Part shown: positions 44,498-57,964 of the stretch, piece after piece | How positions within the stretch are numbered: position 1 is the first letter of the stretch | How the letters are laid out: every line of letters begins with the position of its first letter | Assembly: GCA_964019335.1 (NCBI GenBank) | Contig: OZ025709.1 | Location: 62,001-126,000, forward strand | Source: Diplonema japonicum | Taxonomy: Eukaryota > Protista > Euglenozoa: Diplonemea | Direction of reading: 5' to 3' | Length of the DNA stretch: 64,000 nucleotides | Translations under genes and position numbers: made by a program | The notes under the pieces: generated by a model | The model's database searches: none | What the model was told of the DNA's origin: nothing | What the model saw: the letters and a program-made list of their open reading frames with translations, nothing else

Positions 44498-46882
44498 TCA
44501 CCAATTCCTAGGCACGATATGAGGGCTAACTGCCCTCCCGCGTGATGTGGACCTTCTCCTCATACTAGATCGTCGTTGAGCACCCCGTGACGTCCCTCGT
44601 GAGGAAGGTGTTCCAGTCCGCTGGCTGCGTGATGGATGTCTGGAAGAAGAAGGCGAAATAGTACTATTCACCCACGAGCGAATACTAGCGTGCGCAGGGA
44701 GCGGCGAGGGTGCTCTGGGAGACCTCGGTGCTTGCGGCCCCACAGCCGTAGCAGGGAAGTTCCCCTGAGAATACCCAATGGCACCATTCTCAGTATTCCT
44801 GTAATAAGGATGGTAATAATAATAATACTGGTAGTACTGATTATACATGTCTTGAAGCTGTTGCTGTTGTTGCTGCTCGGCTTGGCTCGGGGCGCCTGTA
44901 CCTGACCTCCTCCCCCATCGTGATGATGGTGAGGTTCCTCTGCTTTGCTCGGTTTCCCGCGCGCTGCTTGCGTCGCCGTGTCTTGACTTCAGTTCGTACC
45001 CTTTCGCTTCAAAACTCAGATCCCTCACCAGAGCGTCCAACTGTCGTTTCAACTCAATGATTTCGAATGAGTCTTCCGTGTACCTCCCTGATGCCACCAT
45101 TGCTTGGAGCTCTTGCTGTGCTTCTTGTATCTCTGCGCGTCGTGTCTCGATGGACTTTACCTGTGCTAAGGTGATCTCTCTCAAGAAGCTTTCATCCCCT
45201 TCCTGTGTAGTCTCCACGTCCTGTACCGGTTCGGGCGACACTTCGCTTGATGCTACGGGTTGTTCAGTGATGACAACCTGAGCAGGTGAAGGCGGTCTTT
45301 CCCCAGCCTCCACACCGTGGCGGAGCCGTACCCCAACCGACGGTGCCAGCAGGTCCCCGCCCGCGACGCCTGCTAGCAGCTCGCCGACGTGGGCTTCCTG
45401 TTGCTTCTCCTTCTCCACCAACGTCAGCTTCAGACTGGTGATCTCATTGTCCTTTGCTTGCATCTCCTGCTGCAGGTTCGCGACGTTCTTCTCCAAACGC
45501 TCCAGGAGCTCCCTTTCAGGGTTTTGGTACCCACGTCCATGTGTCGGTGCTATCGGTGCCAGCAACGACGAGGTGCCCAGTCCGATGTTGGAGCTAGGCG
45601 GCGGATGATGCAGAAATGAAGAACCTCCAGACATAAACGAATTATCAACTGGGGCAGGTGGCGGGGGAGGTGGGACGAATCCTTGCGGGAGGAATGATGT
45701 GGATGCGATAGCGGGCTCTGCGGGGGGTGGGGGTGGGGGCTGGAAGTTATCGGCGACGGGAAGGCCAGGGGGCATCCCTTGCAGCTTCCTCCCTTGCCTG
45801 AAATAGAAATCGCTCGAAGGTGCGAGCAGCGCTGTGTCGCTGGGACGCAGTGAAGCCCTAAGAGGGGGGTCCGTCAGCGGCGCCACAGGGTCCGTCTCAT
45901 CATCAGAAACTGCTTCAGGCGGCATGATCATGCTCGGTGCCTTCGTCACCTCTGAGGAGCTGCGCGACTCAACAACGGGGACAATAACATCTTCCTTCAC
46001 AGCCACAGGCGGCTCTTCCACCTGCGTCGCCGTTTCAACTACTGAAAACTTCCTTTGAGGCGACGTCTCGGGGGTCTTGGGCAAAGGGGGCCGTGGAGGT
46101 TCAGGGACAGGACTCTCTGCGGTGTTCTTCATAAGCAACGGATGGTTTTTCACCATTTCGTCAGCAGTCGGCAGTCGTCTCGGTGGTGACCTGCTCAGAA
46201 CAGGTGGAGGCGTCGCGCTCCTGGAGGCCTTTGTCGGGGATTTCAACAACCCAATAACGTCAGGCAGCGGTGATGGTCTGACAGACGCCTTCAGCATTTG
46301 CTGTATTTCCTCCGGTGACAGGACGGGGATCATGATGAAGGTGAGCTTGAAACCCTTTGGCTTTGACATAAGCAGTGGGGGGTCGAAGTCCTTCGGGCGT
46401 TTCTTCACACCATCGACTTGCCTCACCCACGTCCCGAGAATGCCGGTTTGCCAGGAATGTTCTTTTTGATAGAGGACCTTCAGTATGTTTAACAGGTAGT
46501 GCATCTCCTTTGCGAGGTCCTGGCTGTTCAGTTCCAGTAGAATGTCGTATTCCTTGCTGATGCGGAAGCCAATGCAGCCGGACGCTGGTGCGACGACTAC
46601 CTGTGTGATGTCCTTCACAGGGACACAGCGTTTGACAGTGCTGTCTACCTGCGTCAGGTACAAGGCGCTGTTCGACAGCAAGAGGATCCTGTTTTGTTTC
46701 TTCCCCTTGCTCGATATCTTGTTCACTGGGTTCATGTAGTGGATCAGCGCTCTCCCGGTCGGTTGGTTGAACAGCGGGCCGAACTTTTCTTGATACTTCA
46801 ACTCGGGGTGCAGGAGAACCGCCAAGCCAGTATCCAGTGCCCTGAGCACCGGCTGGTCTATCATCCGATCAACGCTTGTCAT
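44498..46882 (-). CDS. Protein with N-terminal myosin-TH1/PH-like domain, Pro-rich region and coiled coil
   Basis: VNKISSKGKKQNRILLLSNSALY..EYDILL resembles the myosin-I TH1 PH core. Confidence 0.7.
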   Translation of the reverse strand: MTSVDRMIDQPVLRALDTGLAVLLHPELKYQEKFGPLFNQPTGRALIHYMNPVNKISSKGKKQNRILLLSNSALYLTQVDSTVKRCVPVKDITQVVVAPASGCIGFRISKEYDILLELNSQDLAKEMHYLLNILKVLYQKEHSWQTGILGTWVRQVDGVKKRPKDFDPPLLMSKPKGFKLTFIMIPVLSPEEIQQMLKASVRPSPLPDVIGLLKSPTKASRSATPPPVLSRSPPRRLPTADEMVKNHPLLMKNTAESPVPEPPRPPLPKTPETSPQRKFSVVETATQVEEPPVAVKEDVIVPVVESRSSSEVTKAPSMIMPPEAVSDDETDPVAPLTDPPLRASLRPSDTALLAPSSDFYFRQGRKLQGMPPGLPVADNFQPPPPPPAEPAIASTSFLPQGFVPPPPPPAPVDNSFMSGGSSFLHHPPPSSNIGLGTSSLLAPIAPTHGRGYQNPERELLERLEKNVANLQQEMQAKDNEITSLKLTLVEKEKQQEAHVGELLAGVAGGDLLAPSVGVRLRHGVEAGERPPSPAQVVITEQPVASSEVSPEPVQDVETTQEGDESFLREITLAQVKSIETRRAEIQEAQQELQAMVASGRYTEDSFEIIELKRQLDALVRDLSFEAKGYELKSRHGDASSARETEQSRGTSPSSRWGRRSGTGAPSQAEQQQQQQLQDMYNQYYQYYYYYHPYYRNTENGAIGYSQGNFPATAVGPQAPRSPRAPSPLPAHASIRSWVNSTISPSSSRHPSRSQRTGTPSSRGTSRGAQRRSSMRRRSTSRGRAVSPHIVPRNW

Positions 46883-47305
46883 TTTTTGTTTTTTTTTTTG
46901 TTTTTTTTTTTAATTCGTTGCTGCCACCCCCGGTGGGTGGCTTATCCGCAACCGACCCTCCCCTCTCCTGGAGTATTAGGTTGTATTCGTTCTTGTTTGC
47001 TTTTTGCAGAAAAAAAAAAAGATGTAAAAGGATAGAATGAAGGAATAGGAGAGAGACCAAGAGAAAACAAGAAAAAAGAAACTATTCTTTTGAGGGTATA
47101 CGTTTTTGCGTTCACCGCCTTCTCGCACCAAACCCACCGCGAAGACCGCAGCCAGAAGAAAAAAAAAAAAAAAAAAGAAGAAAAAAAATCACTTTCTTTT
47201 CAAAGAAAGGCTATCCAAATGTACCTTCCCATCAGCGTCTCCCGGGAAGGGGGGAAAGCGTATGGACAGGGACAGGACTCTCTGCGGTGTCTGCCGGATG
47301 CTTCT

Positions 47306-47911
47306 TCATTCGTCAGGCAGCGGTGATGGTCTGACAGACGCCTTCAGCATTTGCTGTATTTCCTCCGGTGACAGGACGGGTATTGCAACTAACGTGAGCT
47401 TGAAACCCTTTGGCTTTGACATAAGCAGTGGGGGATCAAAAGGTTTTGCGCGTTTCTTCACACCATCGACTTGCCTCACCCACGTCCCGAGAATGCCGGT
47501 TTGCTCTTTTTGATAGAGGACCTTCAGTATGTTTAACAGGTAGTGCACCTCCTTGGCAGGGTCCTGGCTGTTCAGTTCCAGTAGAATGTCGTATTCCTTG
47601 CTGATGCGGAAGCCGATGCAGCCGGACGCTGGTGCGACGACTACCTGTGTGATGTCCTTCACAGGGACACAGCGTTTGACAGTGCTGTCTACCTCCGTAA
47701 GGTACAAGGCGTTGTTCGACAGCAATAGGATCCTGTTTTGTTTCTTCCCCTTGCTCGATATCTTGTTCACTGGGTTCATGTAGTGGATCAGCGCTTTCCC
47801 GGTCGGTTGGTTGAACAACGGGCCGAACTTTTCTCGATACTTCGGCTCGGGGTACAGGAGAACCTCCAAGCCAGTATCTAGCGCCCTGAGAACCGGCTGA
47901 CTGTCTGTCAT
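47306..47911 (-). CDS. Truncated paralogue of the TH1/PH-like protein
   Basis: High nucleotide identity to 46258-46860; stops after PSPLPDE. Confidence 0.65.
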   Translation of the reverse strand: MTDSQPVLRALDTGLEVLLYPEPKYREKFGPLFNQPTGKALIHYMNPVNKISSKGKKQNRILLLSNNALYLTEVDSTVKRCVPVKDITQVVVAPASGCIGFRISKEYDILLELNSQDPAKEVHYLLNILKVLYQKEQTGILGTWVRQVDGVKKRAKPFDPPLLMSKPKGFKLTLVAIPVLSPEEIQQMLKASVRPSPLPDE

Positions 47912-48512
47912 TCTTTTCTTCTTCTTTTCGTTGTTGCCATCTCCGGTGGGTGGCTTTATCAACCGGCCTCACCCTTCTCCTGGGGAATTAGATTTTATTT
48001 GTTTCTTTTCGCAAAAAAAAAAAACAAAAACAAAAACAAAAAAAAACAAAACAAAAAAAAAAAAAAAAACAACAAAAAAAAAATCGTTTTTATTTTATTT
48101 TTTTTAAAAGGTAGGAGGGAATAGGTAGAGGAGGAGAGAGAACAAAAAGGAAAAAACGAAAATATATATATATGGAAGTCTTTGTGAGACGCCTCCCTTG
48201 TTCTCATCTTCTACCTGCACCTATCCCCAAAAAACAAAAAAACAAAAAAAAAGCCACTTTCTTATTCTAAAGAAGGCCTATCTAAATTTACCTTTTTTTT
48301 TTTCTTCTTCTTCTTTTTTTTTTTTGAAAGAAAAAAATAGAATTTGAAACAGAGAGAGAAAAAAAAAAAAAAAAAAAGACGAAAATACAAACACACACAA
48401 AGGGGGTAAGAAAGATATTGAGAAGGCCTCAAGGATGCTAGAACAATAAAACAATGGGATCGAATTGCATAGGAGAAGAAGGAGGGGGGGGGGGGGGGGG
48501 TGTTTCTTTCAT

Positions 48513-49088
48513 TCACGACTCAGAACTCTCACGATGGGGTATAGCTGGGGCGTGCACTTCTTGCTCCGGACGATGCTCAGGGAGCTTAGGTATAACGTGA
48601 AGCCGCATTCCAAAGGTATTCTTCTTTCGCATTTGCAGAACGGGCTCAAAGTCTCGCTTCTGGAATCGTGCCCCATCTAAATACGTAAACTTCTCAGAAG
48701 GGAGCAGGGAATGCAAAATCTTTATAAGACACTCCAGCTCCTTTTCATCAGATAGCTCAAGCAGGAGGTCGTGCTGCTCCGGTATGCGAAAAGCTATTGT
48801 TCTGGACATTGGTACTATGAGAATTTCAGACACGTCTGCAGGGCCTATGCAACGCTTGATTTCGCCCTTCACGCTCGACAGAAATAGGGATCGAGACACC
48901 AACAGGACTCTTCTCTGCCTGCGTCCCTTGCTCGAAATCTTCGTGACGTCATTCAAATAGTGCACCACGGGCCGGCCACGCATCACCTTCCCAAACACCT
49001 TCTCGTGCCTCGCCTCTACATGCTGCAAAACAGGAAGCCCCTCATACAGAACTACCGGTTCCCCTACCATTCTATCAACGCTTGTCAT
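48513..49088 (-). CDS. Short divergent TH1/PH-like paralogue
   Basis: Same MTSVDRM start as the 46882 gene; VTKISSKGRRQRRVLLVS..HDLLLEL. Confidence 0.7.
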   Translation of the reverse strand: MTSVDRMVGEPVVLYEGLPVLQHVEARHEKVFGKVMRGRPVVHYLNDVTKISSKGRRQRRVLLVSRSLFLSSVKGEIKRCIGPADVSEILIVPMSRTIAFRIPEQHDLLLELSDEKELECLIKILHSLLPSEKFTYLDGARFQKRDFEPVLQMRKKNTFGMRLHVIPKLPEHRPEQEVHAPAIPHRESSES

Positions 49089-49141
49089 TTTTTTTCTTTT
49101 TTTTTTTGTGATATGAATCCTATTTTTTTTTATTTCCAGGG

Positions 49142-49173
<32 letters not shown>

Positions 49174-49319
49174 ACGGTCTAAAAAAGACCCTTCCCATAC
49201 CATTCTCCTCGCCGAGGCAAGAAAAAAGAATGGGAAAACAAAAACAAGGGACTTGAACAAAGGGAGTGGGGAAAAAAAAAGGGGGGGGGGAAAGGCCGTC
49301 TCTTAGGCCTTTTTTTTGT

Positions 49320-50693
<1,374 letters not shown>

Positions 50694-51383
50694 TTAATAG
50701 CTGAAGAAAAATCACATAAACGGTTTTGGATGCTTGAGTGAAAAACAAAAAAACAAAAAAAAGAAGAGAAAGGGGGGGGGGGGGGGGGGGGGACGAGAAA
50801 CAACAGAGAGGAAGACAACAACAAAGTATAAAAATGAAAAAAATAAAAATATAGACCGCACTCGATGGCTAGTGTCAATGAGCACTATCAAGAGTGACAG
50901 CTCGTTCCAGGTGGGGGGTAACAGGGGGGTTTTCGCACATAGCTTGCCTTTCACTCTAACCCCCCCTGTCCAAGTGAATTCGACGAGTGTTGCAGACTGA
51001 AAACAACCGCAAATAACTTGTGATGAGATACAACGCCTGGACAGGGCAATCGGGCCCAGCTGAGAAAGACAAGCTATTCAATAAAGAAGAAAGTGGAAAA
51101 AAAGGTATCGCACTCAGTATTTTTTTTTTTTTTTTTGTTTCTTCTTCTTCTTTTTTCTTCCCACCAAATAAAAAAAAAAAAAAAGAGAAAAAAAAAAAGG
51201 AGACCATGTTTTTTTTTTCTTAAATGTGTCCCTTTTATTTTCTGTTTGTTCTCCGGAGAAAGAGAAGAATCTTTTTTTTTTTTTTTTCCTCGATTGAGGG
51301 GAAAGAAAAAAGTTGGAGAAGATATTTTTCTTTTTTTTTTCAAAATAGTAGTTTTTTTTTTTTTTTTTTTTTTTTTTTTAGCT

Positions 51384-53000
51384 TTAGTTGCAAGCACCAT
51401 CCTCGTTGTTGGAACAGGTGCAGTCCTGCTCAGGGCACACGGCAGGGTCAACAGCCGTGGCGAAGTCCCAGCCGATGCAGTGGTAGCAGGTGATGGCGTT
51501 GAAGGGGTCGTACCTCCTCTTGGTCCTGAGGAGCCTGTTGTAGTTCCCCATGCTGCCCCAGTAACGCTCCTTCCAGTCGTTGGCAGGGAAGTTGTGCTGC
51601 GGCTCGTTCCAGTACACCCAACCGGTCCCGAAGGGCTTGATGGTGCTCTCCCCCCAGGAGTCCATGTCCGACACCATCTGCAGCCTCTGCTCCACAGTGG
51701 CGCTGTCGGCCCATGTCCCCACGCACGTCACTTGGATGTCTGCATTCCTCATGGCAGGCGAGATCGATGTCTCCTCCCCGTGCACGTCCAGCTCCTTCAT
51801 CTTCCCCCCCAGAACAGAGGACTGCGTGCAGAACTTCGTCATTGGAATCGTCTCCGGCTTCAGCACCCATGCCGTGGTGGTCTGGATGAGCTCCAGAGCC
51901 TTGTCCCCAGACACAGAGGTCGAGATCGTGTACTGGTTCCCCCCCGCAGAAGGTGCCAGGGCGTTCACAAGGCTGTAGTAGGTGTCCGTGTTGTTCTGCT
52001 GGCAGTTCCCAGGGAGCAGCCCAGGCACGCACCCCGGAATGCTCGAGAGCTTCGAGATGTGCTGGTCGCAGTCATCACCGTAACAGAAGGACACCATGAA
52101 GACCGGGTTCCCAGGGATGAACCCCATCGTGAGGTAGTAACCACCCGCCTCCTTCGGCGCCTGCGAGATGAAGTTGTGGTAGCTCTGCATGATGGAGGCG
52201 GAGTGCTCGGGGGACTGCGGGAAGAATGCACCGAAGAAGGTGGTGACCTTCTGCGGGGTGGGGTGCAGTTTGAAAACCATGCTCACGGCAATACCGTACG
52301 CAGAGCCGCCGCTGCCACGAAGGGACCTGAAGAGCTCCCTGTGCCTGCGTTCAGAGGCGGTGACGACCCTCCCGTTCGTGAGCACGACACGCATGGAGAC
52401 AAGGTGGTCGGCACCGAGACCGGTCAGCCTGCTGAGGTAGCCGTGACCACCACCAGTCGCCCACCCGTATGGGCCGACGGTGCTGTCGGCTCCGGTGGCG
52501 ATTGCCCATTCTCCGTAAGTCTCCTCTTCAACGAACTTGGTGATGTCGCCGAATGTCTGCCCGGGGCCTACCCTGATGTGCTTGTCCTCACCTGCGTCCA
52601 GAAGAGTCTTCTCGTCGAACTGCGACATCACGATGTGGACTGCGTTGTCGGCGATGTTCCTGACGTCCATGTGGTGCCCTGTGCTCAGCACGGAGATCCT
52701 CATGTTGTGCCACCTAGCGAAGCGCAGTGTCTTCTGGATGTCCCTCACACAGTTTGGGAACACGATCATCGCGGGCTGCGGGAGGTTCGTCCTTGTGCTG
52801 AAGGTGTACGGTGCGTACTCTGCATCACCCTTCACGTGCACCTCACCCCTTACGAAGTGCTTGAACCACATGAACTGGCTGTCGCTGGGCCACAACCATG
52901 TCCCCGGCAAGCTGTACCTGTACCCTATGTGGTACCCACCCCAAGCCTCGGCACCTCCTGCAAGGGCCATCAACATCCCGATTAGCAACAAAGCTTTCAT
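51384..53000 (-). CDS. Secreted FAD-linked oxidoreductase, berberine-bridge-enzyme (BBE) family
   Basis: Signal peptide; STGHH flavinylation-like motif, GWATGGGHG, LRGSGG, YWNE..YWGS..NYNRLLRTKRRYDP. Confidence 0.9.
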   Translation of the reverse strand: MKALLLIGMLMALAGGAEAWGGYHIGYRYSLPGTWLWPSDSQFMWFKHFVRGEVHVKGDAEYAPYTFSTRTNLPQPAMIVFPNCVRDIQKTLRFARWHNMRISVLSTGHHMDVRNIADNAVHIVMSQFDEKTLLDAGEDKHIRVGPGQTFGDITKFVEEETYGEWAIATGADSTVGPYGWATGGGHGYLSRLTGLGADHLVSMRVVLTNGRVVTASERRHRELFRSLRGSGGSAYGIAVSMVFKLHPTPQKVTTFFGAFFPQSPEHSASIMQSYHNFISQAPKEAGGYYLTMGFIPGNPVFMVSFCYGDDCDQHISKLSSIPGCVPGLLPGNCQQNNTDTYYSLVNALAPSAGGNQYTISTSVSGDKALELIQTTTAWVLKPETIPMTKFCTQSSVLGGKMKELDVHGEETSISPAMRNADIQVTCVGTWADSATVEQRLQMVSDMDSWGESTIKPFGTGWVYWNEPQHNFPANDWKERYWGSMGNYNRLLRTKRRYDPFNAITCYHCIGWDFATAVDPAVCPEQDCTCSNNEDGACN

Positions 53001-53549
53001 TTTTTTTTGTGTGTGTTTGACAATCTGGAAATGTATTGTGGATATATTTTTGGGGGGAGCAAAATGGGGGTTAGAAAAAAAATCTTTTTAAAAAAAAAAT
53101 GCGAAATGCAAGGGAAAAAAAAAAAAAAAAGAATGAGGGGGGAAGGGAAGGGGGTGAAAGAGGAGGAAAAATAACAACAATTTTTTTTTTTTTTTTTTTC
53201 CTTACCAGATCTTAAAAAAAAAAAAAAAAAAAGAGAGAAAAAAAAAAAGAAGAAAAGGTACTGGATTCCTTCATCGAGAGCTGTGTTTTGTAAAATAGTC
53301 ACTCATCACTTCTGGGACACAGGTGTCTCAGCAGTAGGAGGAAGATACTCCACACTCTGACATTCTTCTGTAGGACCCGTTAGGAGATGGTCTGCTACAG
53401 TATGCTCTGAAGGAAGAAAATAAAGGAAATGGGGAAAAATAAAATAGAAAAAAAATATATGAGTTAAAGGAAGTCTTTGTGAGACGCCCCCTTTGGCACC
53501 CATGGTGGGGAAAAAAAAGAAGAAATTTATCCTCTTTTTTTTTTTTCTT

Positions 53550-53580
<31 letters not shown>

Positions 53581-53727
53581 CTACATTCCGTCCGCCCTCT
53601 CTCCCAGGGAGAAGTCAGCAGTACGAGATAAAAAAAAAATAAAAAAAAAAACCTTTGCAAGGAACGATGCTTTCTTTTTTTTTTTCTTTTTTCTTTTTCC
53701 CCTTAACGTTGGAAGAGATAACTTCAA

Positions 53728-53792
<65 letters not shown>

Positions 53793-54081
53793 AAAAATGG
53801 GAAAGAGAGGGAGGAGATAATATCAAAGGAAGCGGAAGCTTATCTCCTCCCAGAAAACTGAAATTCTGGGTCAATAAACAATCCCTTTTTTTTTCCTCTC
53901 TTTTTTAAATGAGAAGAACAGACCAAAAAAAAAATCTGAAGAAATCAAAACAGGGGTTCGCCTCTTGAAGTATCAGGCCGGCTTTCCTCTTCTGAAAATT
54001 GCTTACACTTTTTGGGGTTTGCAGTCAATTGGTCTCATTGGGGGGTGGGGAGGTGACAAGAGGGGCATAGCCATAACCAAG

Positions 54082-54135
<54 letters not shown>

Positions 54136-54443
54136 ACATTAAAAAAAAAACACAATTAGAAATACATTTTGCACGCACTGTCCTTTTTCTTCTTCTTCTT
54201 CTTTTTTTTTTTCTCTTTTTTTTCTTCCCCATCTCATCTTCCTTCTTTTTTCTCCCCTCCCCCCGATGTTCCTTTTTTTTTTTTTTTTCTTCTTTCTTTT
54301 TTTTTTTTTTTTTTCGTTCCCATAGCATATCTTTTTTTTTTTTTAAGATCTTTAAAAAAAAAAAAAGAGAATCTATTCTAAAATTGGGTTCTGCTAAGTG
54401 CGAAAAAAAAAAAAGAATTATGATAATCTGCCTTTCTTTTCCC

Positions 54444-57400
54444 CTATTCAGCAAGAGTGCTCACGGTAGGATCGTTGACTGAAGTTTTCGTGGGGTGCAT
54501 CTCACCCTGGTTTTCGTCAAGAAGCTCGCATTGCTCGAGGAAATCAAGCTGCCCCGGGTTCACCTTAGGCTTAGACGACTTCATGAAGAAGAACGCTAGA
54601 GCACCTACGGTCGCAAGAACACCAACGACAATGACGACAATTAGAACAGCGGAGGGGGAGGAGTCATCTGAAGACGAAGGCGGTGCCAACGTCGTTGGCA
54701 TCGGTGTACCAGGTTTCCCCGCATCACCATCCATGGCATCATCACCCGTATCGGCCGTATCGTCACCATCAACAGCATCGGCATCAATGTCACCATCACC
54801 ACCACCTCCGTAATCAGTACTTTGGGTACATTTCTGTAAAAGACATTTAGCGACAATACACTCTCTTGGCAGCATATTGTCAGGGGTGTCGAAAGTTGTC
54901 CAAGCGCCTTCCACCACCATCCCTGTGTTCATCATGGCCTTGCCGGACACTTTTGTCACACCGCCCTGCACGGTGAACTCCATGCTCGCGAAGGTCTCCG
55001 TTGGGCTGATCACCCCCATCGCCAGTACATTGTCGTTCTGATCCACAGCAACGATGTACTTGACAAACAGGTCCTTCGTGTTGACATGCGGTGCGGATGT
55101 GTTTGTCATCCCAAGCACCACGACGTTGGCTATACCACCAGGCCTTGCGCTGACGTAAACCTGTGGAAAAAAAAAAGATTTTCTTTTCCCGCTACAACAC
55201 ATACCTTGAGACCCATGGAGGTCATGTTGCCCATCCTCGTCATCTCTGCCATGTAACTATCACATGCAAGCTGAGCAGGGGATTCCTGCATGCAAGCCCC
55301 CACCTCGCAAGGTAGGACCGTGCCCGGTTTGACCATTGACGGTACCGGGTCAACCCACTCGTCGCTTTGGAAAAGCCCGTGAATGTTACACTTGCTGAAC
55401 GCCTTCACAGTGAGGGCCCATGATGGAACAGTGAACTCGTAGCTTAATCCGCTGGCTGCGTTTGTACCTGGTGATGGCGACCACACCGCAAAAGGGTACT
55501 CCGTCCCAGTGGTGTCCCTGGCGGACACCCAGATGGTTTCGATGAAGTGGACGACGTTTGGGTCGTCGCTGGGCACCATCGGGTGGTAGTTCCCAGACAC
55601 GCCGATGGTGACGCTGCCCTTCCTTGTCGCGGTGTCGACAACTATCACAGGGGTGTGCTTCTCATTGGGAATCTCAATCGTGTTGCGCGCAAGCATATCA
55701 GCTGCGATGTTTGTACACACACTGTCAGTCACTGTGTCGGCGTCGAGACACATATCGGGCATTCCCATGTCAGAACAGCTTGTCCATTCCATACTGGATG
55801 TCTGGTCGGGGGTGATGGTGGTTGCCTCGCCTTCGTAAGTCCCGTGTCGGTTGCAGTGTGCAAAGGCGGTGAGAGTGGTCGTACCATTGGGGATCAAGAA
55901 CCAGAGGAGGGCTTCCTTCTGCGGCAACACGATCGACGCAGCAACGACATCCCCGTTCTGATCCTTCACACCGATGTAATCTATGTAATGAACCGCGTAA
56001 GGGTCACGGCTTACAAGAACGGTCTCTGTTTGAGGATGCGATGCAGCAATCACCATAGCCTTGCCGTTGTTATGCACGCTGACGGACGGGGTGTGAAGCG
56101 ACTTCAATTCGGGCACGTTAGTTGGTGTCCTACGGTTCATCTCCACAAGCATGTTGTCGCAGCCAGTCTGTGCTGTCATACACAACGGCGACTCACCATC
56201 TTGCTTCCCACCACACGATGTGTAACCACATGGTGTTGTCATTGTGGGGGTCATCTGCAACGCCATGGTGTCGCCCTTATACAACCCGTGGATGTTGCAA
56301 TGGCTGTACGGTGTAATATGTGTTGTCCCAGCTGGGATTGTGAACGACATGGTTGCCGGGGAGCCTTGGTTGGGGATCAACGAAGAGGATGCGATGACCT
56401 TGTCGTTCTGGTCGACAGCGTAGATGGTGTCGATGAAGTGTGCCGCCATCATCGGGTGGATGGGCTGTCCCTCCATCACGGTTCCCTCGCCGATGGACAC
56501 CAGTGCCTCGGCGTTCTTGATGGTCAGCATGGGTTTGTGTTTCGGGTTGCTAGGCTGCATCATCGTGTTGAACGCACTGTACTGCATGCGAAGGGCTTCC
56601 GACGCAATGGTCGCAGGCACACACTCAGGCTGGTCGACATTCTTCGTGAATGTCATCATCCCCTTCGCCACTACTGTTATGTCGTATAGGTTCACAGTCG
56701 CGTTGTCTGCCACGACCCAGACACATTTCCCAACACCTTTTTTTTGTTTTTTTTTTTTGTTTTTGTTTTTGTTTTTCTCATACCGATACAAGGGTATACC
56801 TTGCCCCCTGTCCCCTGTGCGCACATTTGGTTCGAGTCGGCGGACGTCATGTTCTCCCCGATGTAGATCTTGATCCCCTCGTTCGCCAGCCCTGTTGCGG
56901 AGACGGAGACCTCGGTCACCTCCCTCGCAACGTTTCCAAACCACGCAATCTTCTGGTTCACACCCGCCTTGGCCAGACCAGTGGTGGCATTGAAAATCTG
57001 CGAAGTGAAAGCAGGCGGGGAGGTACAGTTCGAGCACCCGATGTACTTGTCAGGAGTCGCTGCCGTGTCACGCATGTCAGGTGTGATGCTCATTTCCACT
57101 GACGGGAACATCCCGTGCAGGTTGCAATGAATATACGCACGAATATTATTCGGATTGGCACCAACACGGAAAGACAATGTGGGCAACGACGCCGCCGGTG
57201 TGAAGTACCCAAACGCGATAACCTCCTTCTCATCAACATCCATCACGAAGATCGAGTCAATATAGTGGATGACATCAGGGTTGGGCGACGCGTTTGACGG
57301 ATGGATGGTCTGCCCGCCAGATCCTATCGTAACCTTGAAGTCCTTCCCGTTCTGCTCGATAACTGGGGTGTGCGCACGGATAGAAGTCTGGTCAGTGACA

Positions 57401-57964
57401 CCGGTTGTGATCTCCCTGACGAGGTTTTCCTTGTTAAACTCCGCGTAAAGTGCGATGGGAAGGGGGGAATCACATGTGGGGGAACAAACATCTTTCGAAT
57501 CAGATATTTGCGATGCCGAGAGCGCTACGGCTTCGCCTTTGAACATCCCGTGCTGATTGCACACAGCGATTGGTGTTAGCATTGTGGCGTTGATCCCGTT
57601 CAACGCAAAGTTTAGAAGTCCCGAAGCTGTCTGTGGTGTGTTCATTGATGATGCGACGACTTCGTCATTCTCATCGACCACGAATAGAGCCTCGATGTAG
57701 TGATTTTGAAACCCGTCGCGGCTACCTTGTGTCATGGGGTGGACGATGCCAGAAGTGCTCCCCCACTGCAGCCCGGTGCCGACGCCCACCGTGGCCTCGC
57801 CGTCGCCGAAAGAAAGCACGGGTGTGTGCTGTTCTATGAGCAGTGCTGTCTTTGCCACCCCACGCCGGGTGTCTCTCCTGACCATCTCTGCGTACCATGC
57901 TTGGCAAGCGGAACTGCACCCCTCTGCTGTCACCGTAAGGAGCGTTAATATCAATATCGATCGC

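Noticed and set aside
51020-51063. GTGATGA...CTGA resembling C/D snoRNA boxes
   Set aside because: Only ~44 nt, opposite to gene direction, no verifiable guide; the minus-strand GTGATGA at ~53303-53309 also lacks a D box
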